A DNA stretch of 32,000 nucleotides, taken from NCBI RefSeq assembly GCF_000015585.1, contig NC_008789.1, forward strand, positions 600,001-632,000, in the 5' to 3' direction. The position numbers and the translations under genes are program-made. This DNA is from Halorhodospira halophila SL1. Its GTDB lineage: Bacteria > Pseudomonadota > Gammaproteobacteria > Nitrococcales > Halorhodospiraceae. Positions 31,501 through 32,000 of this stretch are shown here, piece after piece (position 1 is the first letter of the stretch; each line of letters opens with the position of its first letter). Below the pieces are notes generated by a model, which did not search any database, was not told the origin of the DNA, and was given only the letters and a program-made list of their open reading frames with translations.

Positions 31501-31708
31501 CGGAAACGCCTACGTCAACCGGGACATCGTCGGCGCGGTGGTGGGCTCCCAGCCCTTCGGCGGCGAGGGGCTGTCGGGTACCGGGTTCAAGGCCGGCGGA
31601 CCGAACTATCTGCTGCGCTTCGTCAACGAACGGGTGGTCACCGAGAACACGGCGGCGGCCGGCGGCAACGCCTCCCTCTTCGCCTTGGGGGAGGACGACG
31701 AGGCGTAA
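28541..31708 (+). CDS. putA: Bifunctional proline dehydrogenase / L-glutamate-gamma-semialdehyde (P5C) dehydrogenase PutA (no N-terminal RHH DNA-binding domain)
   Basis: 1055 aa. The PRODH barrel region reads ...YSYDMLGEAA...LSVKLSAL...RLVKGAYWD...FATHNAHT.... The ALDH domain has the catalytic Glu/Cys contexts PLIAETGGLNA and FFSAGQRCSALR. GAGGAGG lies upstream of the ATG. Confidence 0.95.
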   Translation: MSAFVHPEPEQLLPAERRALAAAYRIDEPTRSRALLEEADCDPATRSRIQERARGLVHGMIRAQRRQSSLTALLHEYDLSSEEGVALMCLAEALLRIPDAPTADQLIHDKLGTGGWSSHLGRDRRLLVNAATLGLALTGRILDTRDAERWFGDRLHTAIARRGAPLIRRAVRRSMGLLGETFVLGRDIPEAQRRARKLEAKGYRYSYDMLGEAARTEADAEHFFQAYCRGIEHFGRSADPDAPMDARAEVSVKLSALDPRFEPGQEERVQATVIPRLQALCRRAREAGIALCVDAEEAARIDLTLDVLEAVMADPELADWDGLGIAVQAYQKRAPEWIDWLAERAGHYRRRLRIRLVKGAYWDTEIKDSQIQGLDDYPVFTRKAASDVCFLACARRMLRHPQQIYPQFATHNAHTVAAVMELADEQPFEFQRLHGMADDLYDQLVDARPGRGVPVRIYAPVGQHEALLPYLVRRLLENGANSSFVNRIHEGDVEELIADPVEHLRSRTTLRHPHLPLPSGIFGPERVNSRGIDFSNRQETAALAAAMTTAAEPAREARPIINGQGATEADGTWAEVCSPTDTAQHVGRVLWAGHEHLEQALASAAAAWPRWAATPVDERARALERLADLYEAHTAELMTLCTLEGGKTLKDGIAEVREAVDFCRYYAVQARRLMGEPTPLPGPTGETNALQLHGRGTYLCISPWNLPLAIFTGQITAALAAGNAVIAKPAEQTPLIAHRAVELMHQAGIPGDVLHLLPGEGRRIGPPLVADRRIDGVAFTGSVATAQQIHRTLAERDGPIVPLIAETGGLNALIVDSSALPEQAVVDVLRSAFFSAGQRCSALRLLCIQEDIAEPFLAMLRGAMDALRVGDPRWLATDVGPVIDSDARARLEAHHEAMAAAGRVVHRTPLGQAGERGHFVPPSLYRLDAIEDLQEEFFGPMLHYTTWRAGELDSVVERINAAGYGLTFGVHSRIDSHREMATRSIRAGNAYVNRDIVGAVVGSQPFGGEGLSGTGFKAGGPNYLLRFVNERVVTENTAAAGGNASLFALGEDDEA

Positions 31709-32000
31709 GCGTTGAGGGAGCCGGTGGGCAGGCGGTCGACCGTGCTTGCGCGATGCGGCTGACGAAGCCCGGGGGCAGTTCCGTGAAACCGTGGGCGGTG
31801 GGGGCGTGACAACGGCGCTGACGAGCGCACCCCTTCGGGGTCCCCTGCGCTGCTCGGTGCGCTCAATGCGCCGTTGTCACGCCCCCACCGCCCACGGCCG
31901 GAGCACCCACCGGCTCTGGAGCGTTCCGGCACGCAAGCACGGTCGACCGCCTGCCCACCGGCTCCCTCGCCACTGTCTAAGCCTCGTCGTCCAGCCCCTC
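31687..32000. repeat. Large nested inverted repeat covering the putA stop codon and continuing past the right window edge
   Basis: Perfect arm pairs: 31693-31704 with 31981-31992 (12 bp), 31714-31750 with 31932-31968 (37 bp), and 31789-31818 with 31868-31897 (30 bp). The central region holds GAGCGCAC/GTGCGCTC (31823-31830 with 31857-31864) and a CCC-TTCG-GGG tetraloop hairpin (31831-31840). Confidence 0.85.

Overview
High-GC (roughly two-thirds G+C) proteobacterial chromosomal segment. The gene content (dodecin, KatG, NhaC, acidic proteins, CowN-like protein) suggests a halophilic Ectothiorhodospiraceae/Halorhodospira-like organism; this is inference only. The window reads as core housekeeping DNA. 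I saw no integrase, transposase, CRISPR array or recognisable defence genes. Left to right: partial Fe-S helicase of the DinG/YoaA family (-), TPR protein (-), two tandem soluble MCP-like chemoreceptors (+), suf operon Rrf2 regulator-sufBCDS (-), small orphan ORF (+), uvrB (-), aspartate aminotransferase (+), tRNA-Asn (+), 2Fe-2S ferredoxin plus CowN-like protein (-), dodecin (-), katG (-), nhaC (+), transmembrane Cache/HAMP MCP (+), SDR oxidoreductase (-), TsaA-like protein plus TonB-dependent receptor operon (-), CDF metal exporter (+), small membrane peptide plus putP (-), putA (+). Many long ORFs in the six-frame track are antisense shadows typical of high-GC DNA. Most notable non-coding observations: (1) a 246-bp low-GC divergent intergenic region (25128-25373) holding five consecutive perfect stem-loops between the TsaA-like/TonB-receptor operon and the CDF gene, a candidate cis-regulatory RNA or operator cluster; (2) three sigma54-type -24/-12 promoter matches, two divergent ones in the putA/putP region and one before the ferredoxin-cowN pair; (3) a 38-codon membrane peptide overlapping the putP start (ATGA); (4) a roughly 300-bp nested inverted repeat covering the putA stop codon and running off the right edge. 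All functional calls come from by-eye motif recognition; no database search was possible.
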